Shown here piece after piece: positions 1 through 7,140 of a DNA stretch of 9,716 bases; positions within the stretch are counted from its first letter, which is position 1, and every line of letters begins with the position of its first letter. Below the pieces are notes generated by a model that did not search any database, was not told where the DNA came from, and saw only the letters and a program-made list of their open reading frames with translations. The position numbers were made by a program, and so were the translations under genes. Origin of the DNA: a virus (lineage: Duplodnaviria; Heunggongvirae; Uroviricota; Caudoviricetes). Location of the stretch: IMG/VR virus record IMGVR_UViG_3300029504_000019; one strand, given 5' to 3'.

Positions 1-2474
1 ATCTGCAAGGTCCGGCAACTTCCGACTCCGGTATAGAAGTTAACCAGAATATAGCTGTCGCCAGAGCGGGTGACATTGTAAGCGCCTGATTCGGCATTCC
101 ATGGAACGCCCCCATCCGCATCGGCATACGCATCCGTTGCTCTTCTGGCAAAAGCAGCCACATGCGCGGCGGTTAAAGTGATATCAGTAGAACCATCAAA
201 TGGAACACCGGATATTTTTCTTGCAGTCTGAAGTTTTGTAGCAGTTGCAGCATTACCAGTGGTGTTCTGATTACCCGTAGTGTTTACACCTGGAAGGTTA
301 ATATTTGCAGAACCGTCGAAAACAACTCCACCGATAGATCTTGCCGTCTGCAATTTCGTGGCTGTACTTGCATTACCATCCAATGAACCAGTTAATCCAC
401 CTGTAACAGACAACGGACCTGAAACTGTTCCTCCGGTTGTTGGCAGTGCTCCAATATCTAACGGCGTCGGTTTCTGATGTGTGCTATACATCGTATAAAC
501 AACACCATCGGTAACGCTGGAAGGCTTACTCGCTGAATATGTTGGCGATGTATAAATAGAAACTGTCGCATTTGCAGTACAATCCCAATGGATATTTACA
601 CGAGTCGCATAATTGCCAATCTCAACGTAAATATCATATGTATCGCCGGATGTGTTGATCCAGGCGAAATTCGTTAATCCGACGGCTGTACGCTTCCACA
701 AAGCCCCGGTAATTCCTTTGGGGTTTCCATTGCCTGCTCGTAGAACCAGTTCTGAAATGCCTGCCTGATGTGGGGAACCGACGTTGTAACCAGCGCCACC
801 AATCAATGCGATGTAAACGATGGAACTCGCTTGTGGCATGGTAACCGTAGCCAGTTTGAACCACCCAGCCCCGCCAGAGAAAGACATCGTTACTGAATTT
901 AAAGTACCAATATCTTTCGGCGTTAATGTTATATCCGCAGTCAGTGCTTTTCCGTTAACTTTTCGGTTAGATGGCACCCTGCTATTCGCATTGTCATTGG
1001 CTGCTTTAACTGCTTTTGGCGTTGCGGCCAGCGATTCACTGGTGCTATCAACAGCACTGCTAAGTTTCACAACACCTTTAGTTGTAAGGCTTGCGTCTTC
1101 CATCGCAACTGCACCGGCAATCTCTTCAGCACGATCAGCAGCAGCTTCCGCACGGGTCGCAGCGGATTCAGCAGCAGTTTTGCTCTGAGATGCTGCCGTC
1201 GCACTGCCTGCCGCCTCTGTTGCTTTCGTGGATGCCGTCGTGGCGCTGCCCTTCGCTGCTGACGTCTGTCTGGTCGCCTCATCTTTTGAAGCAGACGCAG
1301 ATGATGCCGATGACGCTGCCGAACTGGCGGACGATGCGGCTGCCGTTTTTGAGGATTCTGCACGGGTTTCCGACGCTTTCGCATTCGTTTCGGATGTCTT
1401 CGCTGCGGAAGCAGACCTCGCTGCTGCGCTGGCCTGTACAGCGGCTTCGCCAGCCTTCGTTGTGGCTGTTGAAGCGGACGATGCAGCACTTTCTGCCGAT
1501 TTTCCGGCGGCGGTGGCACTGGCTGAGGCCTGCCCGGCACTTGTTGACGCGGCACTGGCAGACGACGCAGCCGCTGTTTTTGAGCCTGCCGCAGCTGAGG
1601 CACTCTGTCCCGCTGCCGTTTCAGAAGCCTTGGCGTTCGTCTCGGACGTTTTTGCCGCCTTCGCAGAATTTGCTGTCGCCGTTGCCGAGGAAGCTGCGCT
1701 GCTGGCGCTCGAGGCTGCGCTCGTTTCTGATGATTTTGCCGCCTCTTTTGAAGCCGACGCATCCCGGGCTGAGGTGGCAGCTTCTGACGCTTTCGTGGTC
1801 GCGGTGGATGCTGAAGTGGCTGCTGATTGTTGTGACGCTGCCGCATTCGTTTCTGACGTTTTTGCCGCAGCGGCACTGGTGGCCGCCGCGCTTTTTGAGG
1901 ACTCTGCAGCGGCAGCACTTTTTGATGCTTCAGTGGCCTTTGCTGATGCCGTTCCTGCGCTGGAAGACGCTGACTGAGCCGACGAAGCGGCCTGTCCGGC
2001 TGACGTGCTGGCTGCGCGTGCTGAGCCTGCAGCATCAGTCGCATGGGTTGCCGCCTCACGGGCAGATGTGCCGGCATCGCCGGCTGACTTCTTCGCGGCT
2101 GCCGTGTTCTGTGCCACTGCGGACGCGTTACGCGCCACCTCTTCCACCATCAGTTCAAAACGGCGCAGTGCCTCTGGCCGGACATCATCCTCCGTCATTG
2201 CACCGAGGAAATCATTCAGTGTGCCCGGCTTTGAGTCCTCATATACGGTGATAATCCCGGCGTGTGACGGCGGGAATCCCTCCACCAACAGACTGACGCT
2301 GTACTGACCATACTCGACGTCCATTGTGTAACGCCCGGCTTCATCCGGGTTTTCTGAGGCCACTGTGTTCACCACCACCGTGGTGCTGTTGCGCCTGGCC
2401 TTTAGCTGAATGGTGCAGTTTTGTATCGGCTTACCTGCGCCATCTTTCAGTACACCTGAAATCCGTACTGCCAT
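1..2474 (-). CDS. stf: Side tail fiber protein Stf, 5' portion (ATG at 2474..2472; at least 824 codons, no stop before window start)
   Basis: Hand translation of the minus strand from the ATG at 2474 is open to position 3; an in-frame stop lies just upstream at 2516..2514. The N-terminus (MAVRISGVLKDGAGKPIQNCTIQLKARRNSTTVVVNTV...YGQYSV...GFPPSHAG...TVYED) matches my recollection of the lambda/Rac Stf N-terminus; it is followed by a long Ala/Ser/Thr-rich region and the conserved tail-fiber motif TTKGVVKLSSAVDSTSESLAATPKAVK. GGGGGG sits 3 nt upstream of the ATG as a Shine-Dalgarno. Not in the supplied ORF track because it lacks a stop in the window. Confidence 0.85.
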   Translation of the reverse strand, partial: MAVRISGVLKDGAGKPIQNCTIQLKARRNSTTVVVNTVASENPDEAGRYTMDVEYGQYSVSLLVEGFPPSHAGIITVYEDSKPGTLNDFLGAMTEDDVRPEALRRFELMVEEVARNASAVAQNTAAAKKSAGDAGTSAREAATHATDAAGSARAASTSAGQAASSAQSASSSAGTASAKATEASKSAAAAESSKSAAATSAAAAKTSETNAAASQQSAATSASTATTKASEAATSARDASASKEAAKSSETSAASSASSAASSATATANSAKAAKTSETNAKASETAAGQSASAAAGSKTAAASSASAASTSAGQASASATAAGKSAESAASSASTATTKAGEAAVQASAAARSASAAKTSETNAKASETRAESSKTAAASSASSAASSASSASASKDEATRQTSAAKGSATTASTKATEAAGSATAASQSKTAAESAATRAEAAADRAEEIAGAVAMEDASLTTKGVVKLSSAVDSTSESLAATPKAVKAANDNANSRVPSNRKVNGKALTADITLTPKDIGTLNSVTMSFSGGAGWFKLATVTMPQASSIVYIALIGGAGYNVGSPHQAGISELVLRAGNGNPKGITGALWKRTAVGLTNFAWINTSGDTYDIYVEIGNYATRVNIHWDCTANATVSIYTSPTYSASKPSSVTDGVVYTMYSTHQKPTPLDIGALPTTGGTVSGPLSVTGGLTGSLDGNASTATKLQTARSIGGVVFDGSANINLPGVNTTGNQNTTGNAATATKLQTARKISGVPFDGSTDITLTAAHVAAFARRATDAYADADGGVPWNAESGAYNVTRSGDSYILVNFYTGVGSCRTLQ
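190..370 (-). repeat. Tandem ~40-codon tail-fiber repeat inside stf (two copies of the motif G-N-A-[AS]-T-A-T-K-L-Q-T-A-R-x-I-[SG]-G-V-x-F-D-G-S-x-[DN]-I)
   Basis: Stf residues about 700-720 (NASTATKLQTARSIGGVVFDGSANINL) and 740-765 (NAATATKLQTARKISGVPFDGSTDITL) repeat at a 40-residue spacing; the underlying DNA segments around 210-250 and 330-370 are visibly similar. Confidence 0.5.
1125..2117 (-). repeat. Ala/Ser/Thr-rich low-complexity coding region of stf with dispersed ~30-bp near-identical direct repeats
   Basis: Stf residues about 120-450 are almost entirely A/S/T/K/E. The motif AAKTSETNA recurs at residues about 202, 272 and 357, matching near-identical DNA blocks at 1381-1409, 1633-1665 and 1846-1876. 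The region is GC-rich and open in several frames on both strands, which explains the spurious 249-, 336- and 386-aa track ORFs. Confidence 0.6.
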
Positions 2475-2485
2475 ATTCCCCCCAC

Positions 2486-2511
2486 AAAAAAGCCCGCCTG
2501 AACCGGCGGGC
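2486..2511 (-). terminator. Rho-independent terminator downstream of the lom fragment (minus strand)
   Basis: Read on the minus strand, a perfect 7-bp GC-rich stem (2511..2505 pairing with 2498..2492, 6-nt loop) is followed immediately by a run of six T (2491..2486). It lies 28 nt after the lom stop and just upstream of the stf Shine-Dalgarno and ATG. Confidence 0.6.
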
Positions 2512-2538
2512 TGTCATAACACTGTGTTACCTGGCTAA

Positions 2539-2814
2539 TCAGAATTTATAACCGACACCAACGATGAAACTGTTGGTACGCCAGTCACCGCTGCCGGAGC
2601 CTTCATAAGCGACGTCAACGGCCACGGATTCGGTCGGGTTAAACTGCACGCCAGCTCCCCACGCCAGAGACGTGTTGCTGTGGCGACCGTCATCACTTCC
2701 GGTCAGCACATCGTGCGTTTTCCCCTTGTTGTCAGTTACGCGGATATAATCCCCGGAGAAAGTCGACACACGGCTGTAAGCCATAACCAGTTGCAGCAAC
2801 CTTTGACGCTCGTT
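2539..2814 (-). pseudogene. lom: lom (Lom/Ail/OmpX-family outer membrane protein), 3' fragment only; signal peptide and N-terminal barrel strands absent
   Basis: The translation ends ...SLAWGAGVQFNPTESVAVDVAYEGSGSGDWRTNSFIVGVGYKF, matching the lambda Lom C-terminus (...AYEGSGSGDWRTDGFIVGVGYKF) and the terminal Phe typical of beta-barrel outer membrane proteins. The frame is closed by a stop at 2817..2815 and the track ORF begins at a TTG, so only about 85-90 of roughly 200 codons are present. Confidence 0.8.
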
Positions 2815-2987
2815 TCACACCTGCCGAACTGTGAATATTGAATCCCTCCAGACGCCCCAACACGCCCTCACGCAGTAGCTGTTCAGTGCCGGATTCATTC
2901 ACTTTAAACAATACAGACTGTTTTCCGCGCAAATTAGCAATGGCAGTGGAGCCAAGCACCATCTGCAGATCGGTTGTCGGTGCGCCG

Positions 2988-3284
2988 TTAACCAGCCTCA
3001 TAAATTGCCAGCTCGTTCAGCTCTCCGGAGAGACTGGTAAACATGCTGTTAATAGCAGTGCGGTTAACCTTTCTGACGCTCGCCAGAAGTGACTCCAGGC
3101 GCTTAACGGTAAAATTACCTGGATCGAGGCTGTCCAGTGCTATCAGCAGGCGAGCAGTAAGTTCCGCATCGCTGTCATTCAGTATTTTCACCATTCTGGC
3201 AGCCACGCCAGTGCTATAGCGGGATATCCAGACTGCATGAGCAATTGATTCATCACGCAGCCGTTCATTCACGGTTTGCATCAT
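2988..3284 (-). pseudogene. Stub (98 codons) of the gene that follows portal, possibly the N-terminus of a head-morphogenesis/minor capsid protein, ending prematurely
   Basis: Its ATG (3284 or 3281) overlaps the portal stop (3267..3265) by about 20 nt, typical translational coupling in a morphogenesis operon, but the frame closes after 98 codons and no capsid or tail genes follow. The functional assignment is a guess from position. Confidence 0.35.
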
Positions 3285-4671
3285 TGATTTCCATCAGCAT
3301 TACACTCTGATTTTTTAATTCATCGATCACTTCCTCTGGACGGGAATCCTGATCGATAAATTTCAACGCCTGCAACACCCGAACCGCATCAATCTGACGT
3401 ATATCACCGCCCTGACGCAATGACTGAACAGCCAGCGCGGAGGATGAGTCAAACACCTGGGCAGATACATCCAGTTCAGTGCGCACATCCACATTGCCAC
3501 CGCAACTCTCTCCGATCCATTCCGCCATTATCTGGAGAATATTATCGAGGGCATCTTCGAGGGAGTTCGCCATTGTATAAAGCGGCGAGTTTTCCTGCAT
3601 TCGCTCTTCATTAGTCTGATCAACAGATTTGGTGGATGTATTTTCAGCACGCAGAAGTTTAGCGCCGGCATGACGCATCTGATTTTCCAGCTTCTCAAGT
3701 GATGTTTCGCCAGATTCTATCGCTGCGCCACTATGTTCAACATATTCGAGGCCATTTTTTGTTCTGTCCTCAAAAATCGTAGCGGTGGATGCACCAACCG
3801 TCAGTTCTTCATTCCTGTCCAGCCCGTAGGCCACCAGCAATGGAACGCGGGTAACATGAAGAATATTGTCCTGCTCGCTCTGGCTTTGCCAGTGCTTGAT
3901 ATTCAGCAAGCCAAGATTAAGCAATGGCGGTGTACCACGCATAAATCCTGTTTTCTTCGTGTACAGTGTTACCAGAGGAATATCATCACGGCTGGTATTC
4001 CATGACTCATGAAGCGTCCAGACAGATTCGCCATTAGTGCCTTCGCTACGTCGATAAATTTCAACTCGACGGGGCATAATATGGCGGATCTGCTCCACCT
4101 TCTTCTGCCCGAAATCATCACCATCAATAATGATGACCTCTTTTATACGCAAATCAGTGAGAACAACTTTCCCTTTTTCAACTTTCGATTTCCATCCAAT
4201 AACCTGGCGTGGATTCAGCATCGTAACGTACGGACGACCACCGGTCGCGTTTTCATCGGCTTTTGTACGAATCTCTTTCATATCCGTTCGTGGATAGTCC
4301 ACCAGCGCATGTGCCACACCATACTGAAATGCGAGGCTGAAAAATTGCTGCGCCCACACATCCAGTCGGCTCCCCTCCATGTCGATATTTTCTGCATATT
4401 CCCTGATTTTTGCCGGCGTTTCCTCACTCAATACTGTCGGCTCTGCAAATATGCGCCCAATATTTTGCTTGATGCTTTCTTCATACACAGGAAGTAGCGT
4501 AGCCACAGACAGGCGTTTTTTATAAGCGTCTTCATCTTCGTTAGGCCATTTTGGGAGATAATTTTCCCCCTGCCTGCGCATTTCAAGCGTACCGCCCATC
4601 AGTGCGTCGTTAATATCCCACGCCTCCAGCATATCGTTATAGTCGAGGTTGGGTGTTGATATATCAGCCAT
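3265..4671 (-). CDS. Probable phage portal protein (468 aa)
   Basis: Its ATG (4671..4669) lies 2 nt after the large-terminase stop (TAA 4676..4674); the size of about 470 aa, acidic C-terminal region and position directly after TerL are typical for portals. No motif-level confirmation is possible without a search. Confidence 0.6.
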   Translation of the reverse strand: MADISTPNLDYNDMLEAWDINDALMGGTLEMRRQGENYLPKWPNEDEDAYKKRLSVATLLPVYEESIKQNIGRIFAEPTVLSEETPAKIREYAENIDMEGSRLDVWAQQFFSLAFQYGVAHALVDYPRTDMKEIRTKADENATGGRPYVTMLNPRQVIGWKSKVEKGKVVLTDLRIKEVIIIDGDDFGQKKVEQIRHIMPRRVEIYRRSEGTNGESVWTLHESWNTSRDDIPLVTLYTKKTGFMRGTPPLLNLGLLNIKHWQSQSEQDNILHVTRVPLLVAYGLDRNEELTVGASTATIFEDRTKNGLEYVEHSGAAIESGETSLEKLENQMRHAGAKLLRAENTSTKSVDQTNEERMQENSPLYTMANSLEDALDNILQIMAEWIGESCGGNVDVRTELDVSAQVFDSSSALAVQSLRQGGDIRQIDAVRVLQALKFIDQDSRPEEVIDELKNQSVMLMEINDANRE

Positions 4672-4673
4672 AA

Positions 4674-5981
4674 TTAAATCCGAAGTGATGTGACTCTTCC
4701 GGTCGGTTTGACAATAGGGAATTGCTTAACGATGAAATAACCTCCGGCATCATTCGGGTGATCATTGCCAGATTTTTTATCAGGCTCCCCCTTCTCATCC
4801 CAGACCTGTTGCTCCAGAGATTCGGCATATAACGGGCAACGCTTCACATTAACTTTATAGCGACGCTCACCATTGGCATTGCAGAACATTGCATTCATTG
4901 AGTTAACGCGATCTTTTACTGGCGGGTTCGAGCTGTTCACCACAACGTTAAAACCAGCCTGCTTAAGCTGGGCTATATCCGTCGTACTTGCGTTACTTGA
5001 TTTTCTGGAATCCCCGGAAGCATCTGGATAAATATAAATTTCCCTCACTTTCCGGTAATCATTCCCATCATACAGCCAGAAGCGTTCTTTAATGATGCGG
5101 ATCATATCCGGCGTATCGTAGGCATTGATGATTTCAGTTACCGCACATGGAAGCCCCAAACGCAGCACATGGACGATTCCCGCCATCTTTCCAACGTTAA
5201 AATCCATCCCAATATAAATCGGCTCCCCTGGCTGCTCCACTTCTTCGCAATTATTCAGTTTCCGGTCAAACTGATGGTAAACAGTACCACTTGTCAGGTT
5301 AGTAAACTGTCCTCGAAGATAGGCTTTAATCAGCTCTGGAGGGTATGATTCAAGAAGCGAAGGAATGTAATCTGCTGGCAGGTTCTTTTCATTATCGAAA
5401 GTAGATGCCTGCACCAGACCATACAGTGAGGCCAGCTCTGTTTTTTCACGCACGGCTTTAACAAACTGCTCGTAGACAAATTTGAATCCCTCCGGCGTGG
5501 TTGTAACGTCAATACCGTTGCGAAGTCCATCAATCTTATAACGCATACGTGCAATTATCTTGCGCCACGCCGTTCTGGCTTTTTCCTTCGGCAAAATGTC
5601 CAGTTCATCCACCAACGCATTACCAATTTTGAAACCGACGATCGTTTGTGGCTTCTCCATCGATCTGCAGATAGTGGTTCCCCGATACTGGCGTCCGTAA
5701 TAAAAGTGAACCTCTTTATTTCCCTCATTAATTTTTACGTTCAATCCCCAGTCAGCAGCAACTTCTTCCACTGTAAGGTAAAAAATATCGCGAATTTGGG
5801 GATACGTTGGCGCAAAATATCCCTGATTTATACCTGGATGCTCCCAAATCCCCTTGCATATGCCGCCACAACCAACCCATGTTTTGCCCGAGCCAAAACC
5901 AGCAATATAGGCTTTAAATTTATGGGGCATTGAAAGAAATCGCGCCTGAGGCACATTAAGCGTCGGAGAGATCATCTTCAT
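4674..5981 (-). CDS. Terminase large subunit (ATPase plus RNase H-like nuclease)
   Basis: Walker A motif (YIAGFGSGKTW) near the N-terminus, Walker B-like (NALVDELDI), and a C-terminal nuclease domain with acidic motifs (IYIGMDFN, YIYPDASGD, GNDHPNDAGGYF). The track start at 5984 is GTG; ATG codons follow at 5981 and 5975, and AAGGAG sits 8 nt upstream of the 5975 ATG, so the true start may be 5975. Confidence 0.9.
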   Translation of the reverse strand: MKMISPTLNVPQARFLSMPHKFKAYIAGFGSGKTWVGCGGICKGIWEHPGINQGYFAPTYPQIRDIFYLTVEEVAADWGLNVKINEGNKEVHFYYGRQYRGTTICRSMEKPQTIVGFKIGNALVDELDILPKEKARTAWRKIIARMRYKIDGLRNGIDVTTTPEGFKFVYEQFVKAVREKTELASLYGLVQASTFDNEKNLPADYIPSLLESYPPELIKAYLRGQFTNLTSGTVYHQFDRKLNNCEEVEQPGEPIYIGMDFNVGKMAGIVHVLRLGLPCAVTEIINAYDTPDMIRIIKERFWLYDGNDYRKVREIYIYPDASGDSRKSSNASTTDIAQLKQAGFNVVVNSSNPPVKDRVNSMNAMFCNANGERRYKVNVKRCPLYAESLEQQVWDEKGEPDKKSGNDHPNDAGGYFIVKQFPIVKPTGRVTSLRI

Positions 5982-6684
5982 CACTCCTTACTCTGGCATC
6001 AACCACATTAATATTGATCGCCACAGGCTGGGGATGTTCATTATCTTCCACCGTTTCGATCTCTTTGCGCAGCTTCTGGTTTTCCATTCTGCGCCGTTCA
6101 ATTTCCAGTTCCTGTAGCCGTTTATCTGCACATAAAGCCCCGCCAGCAGAAAACAAACGCAACAATTCACGCCGGGCGGCAGCCTTATCCTCCAGCAGGA
6201 TCTCAACGCCGAATTTTCCGAATTTTGCCCCTGCATATAATTGCCGCGCATCCCCATCAAGCAGAGTGGTATCAGCCATATAAAGCTGTCCCGTTCCCTC
6301 ACCGCAGCACTTCGGGCAGTCCGGATTGGGTATGGCGTTATCAACAAAGCCGAGGCCTCCATATTCCGGTTCGGGTTTGCCATCTCTGGAAGCCTGCGCC
6401 GCTGCCTTGTCGAATTCTGCTATATCGCGCCACTGGTAGAGATGATTCTCGCCCCAGCAATAACGGCAGTTAACACGGCGAAATTGTGCAAGCTGATTGG
6501 GGTCGGCCAGGACAATAGCCATCAACTGACTCACTAGTAAATCCAGGTCTGCGGTATAGCGTTTCTGGTACTGATTGCGGAAGTAGCTGATAGCGCGAAA
6601 AACCCTGGCATTTCTAAGCATACGACTGGCGTTGCTGTTAGCTGTCGCACCTTGCCCCTCATAACCGGCTACCGGGCAAAACAT
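5956..6684 (-). CDS. Candidate terminase small subunit / DNA-packaging protein with a Cys4 zinc-ribbon-like motif, coiled-coil segment and acidic tail
   Basis: A 242-aa ORF directly upstream of TerL, overlapping it by about 25 nt. It contains CRYCWGENH (Cys 73/76) and CPKCCGEG (Cys 123/126/127), a charged heptad-like segment (QELEIERRRMENQKLRKEIE) and an acidic C-terminus (SDEDDLSDA). The call rests on position and architecture, not on recognised homology. Confidence 0.5.
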   Translation of the reverse strand: MFCPVAGYEGQGATANSNASRMLRNARVFRAISYFRNQYQKRYTADLDLLVSQLMAIVLADPNQLAQFRRVNCRYCWGENHLYQWRDIAEFDKAAAQASRDGKPEPEYGGLGFVDNAIPNPDCPKCCGEGTGQLYMADTTLLDGDARQLYAGAKFGKFGVEILLEDKAAARRELLRLFSAGGALCADKRLQELEIERRRMENQKLRKEIETVEDNEHPQPVAININVVDARVRSDEDDLSDA

Positions 6685-6723
6685 CCGTCAACAGTTCATC
6701 AATTTCTGTCGGGATGAAGCCTG

Positions 6724-7089
6724 TCAGGGAGACACAAAATCAGCATTGATTAGGTCCGACAGCTCCATCCGCAACAGATCTTCATCCCAGCCAGCATTCA
6801 TCGGCAGGCGATTATCTGCCAGGCGGTACGCCTTTTTCTGCTCATCCGTCAGGCCAGACAGAACAATGACCGGAACAGAATCCATTTTGAGCATTTCAGC
6901 CGCCATAACACGACCGTGACCCGCAATAATTTCGCCCTTTTCGTCAATCAGCACCGGATTAGTCCAGCCGAATTGCTTAATACTTTCTACCAGTTGTGCC
7001 ACCTGCTCAGGGCTGTGCGTCCTGGCGTTGTGCGCATACGGTGACAATTCTTGTAATGGGCGATAGACTATCTTTAATTTCTCGCTCAT
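6724..7089 (-). CDS. ParB-like nuclease domain protein (ParB N-terminal / sulfiredoxin fold), 121 aa
   Basis: The translation has the ParB N-terminal signature around GWTNPVLIDEKGEIIAGHGR (conserved GxGR arginine finger) and a start context of AAGG then ATG. Small ParB-like proteins at this position are common in Rac-like prophages (the K-12 counterpart is ynaK), but I do not assert identity. Confidence 0.75.
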   Translation of the reverse strand: MSEKLKIVYRPLQELSPYAHNARTHSPEQVAQLVESIKQFGWTNPVLIDEKGEIIAGHGRVMAAEMLKMDSVPVIVLSGLTDEQKKAYRLADNRLPMNAGWDEDLLRMELSDLINADFVSP

Positions 7090-7103
7090 ACAGCCTTGCT
7101 TTA

Positions 7104-7140
7104 TGAATAAAACGCACCCCAGCAGCCAGTGCTACTGGGG
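7104..7140 (-). terminator. Possible intrinsic terminator after trkG (minus strand)
   Basis: On the minus strand an imperfect hairpin (CCCCAG 7117-7122 pairing with CTGGGG 7135-7140, plus inner pairs 7124-7126 with 7131-7133) is followed by GTTTTATT. The stem is interrupted and the T tract short, so this is tentative. Confidence 0.4.

Noticed and set aside
280-1188. Track ORFs 280..477 (+), 634..864 (-) and 820..1188 (+)
   Set aside because: They lie within stf in other frames or antisense, with no independent signals.
1067-2251. Long track ORFs inside the stf repeat region: 336-aa Arg/Gln/Pro-rich (minus strand, 1067..2077), 386-aa (plus, 1091..2251) and 249-aa Ala/Asp-rich (plus, 1228..1977)
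   Set aside because: They are alternative-frame or antisense readings of the GC-rich, GCN-codon-dominated Ala/Ser linker of stf, with low-complexity composition and no start context; the stf frame with recognisable homology explains the region.
2005-2551. Plus-strand ORFs 2005..2307 and 2324..2551
   Set aside because: They are antisense to the conserved stf N-terminal coding region, and the second runs through the terminator hairpin; they are frame artefacts.
2539-2830. An IS element interrupting lom, as in the K-12 Rac prophage
   Set aside because: I looked for transposase coding sequence or terminal inverted repeats next to the lom fragment and found none; the truncation here looks like a simple deletion.
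2732-3092. The 89-aa minus-strand ORF 2732..3001 and the 84-aa plus-strand ORF 2838..3092 as real genes
   Set aside because: Both lie in the deletion-scar interval. The 89-aa ORF overlaps the neighbouring stub and lom in different frames and I cannot assign it to a family; the plus-strand ORF is antisense with Pro/Ser/Arg-rich junk composition. The 89-aa ORF is kept only as possible remnant sequence in the scar finding.
3420-4497. Plus-strand ORFs 3420..3614, 3733..4005 and 4009..4497
   Set aside because: They are antisense to the portal gene, with Cys/His/Arg-rich or low-complexity translations and no ribosome-binding sites.
5330-5933. ORFs 5330..5554 (-) and 5646..5933 (+)
   Set aside because: They are embedded in terL in an alternative frame or antisense; terL carries the recognisable motifs.
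5988-6537. ORFs 5988..6383 (-), 6014..6283 (+), 6225..6473 (+) and 6241..6537 (+)
   Set aside because: They overlap the candidate terS in other frames or antisense, with no supporting features.
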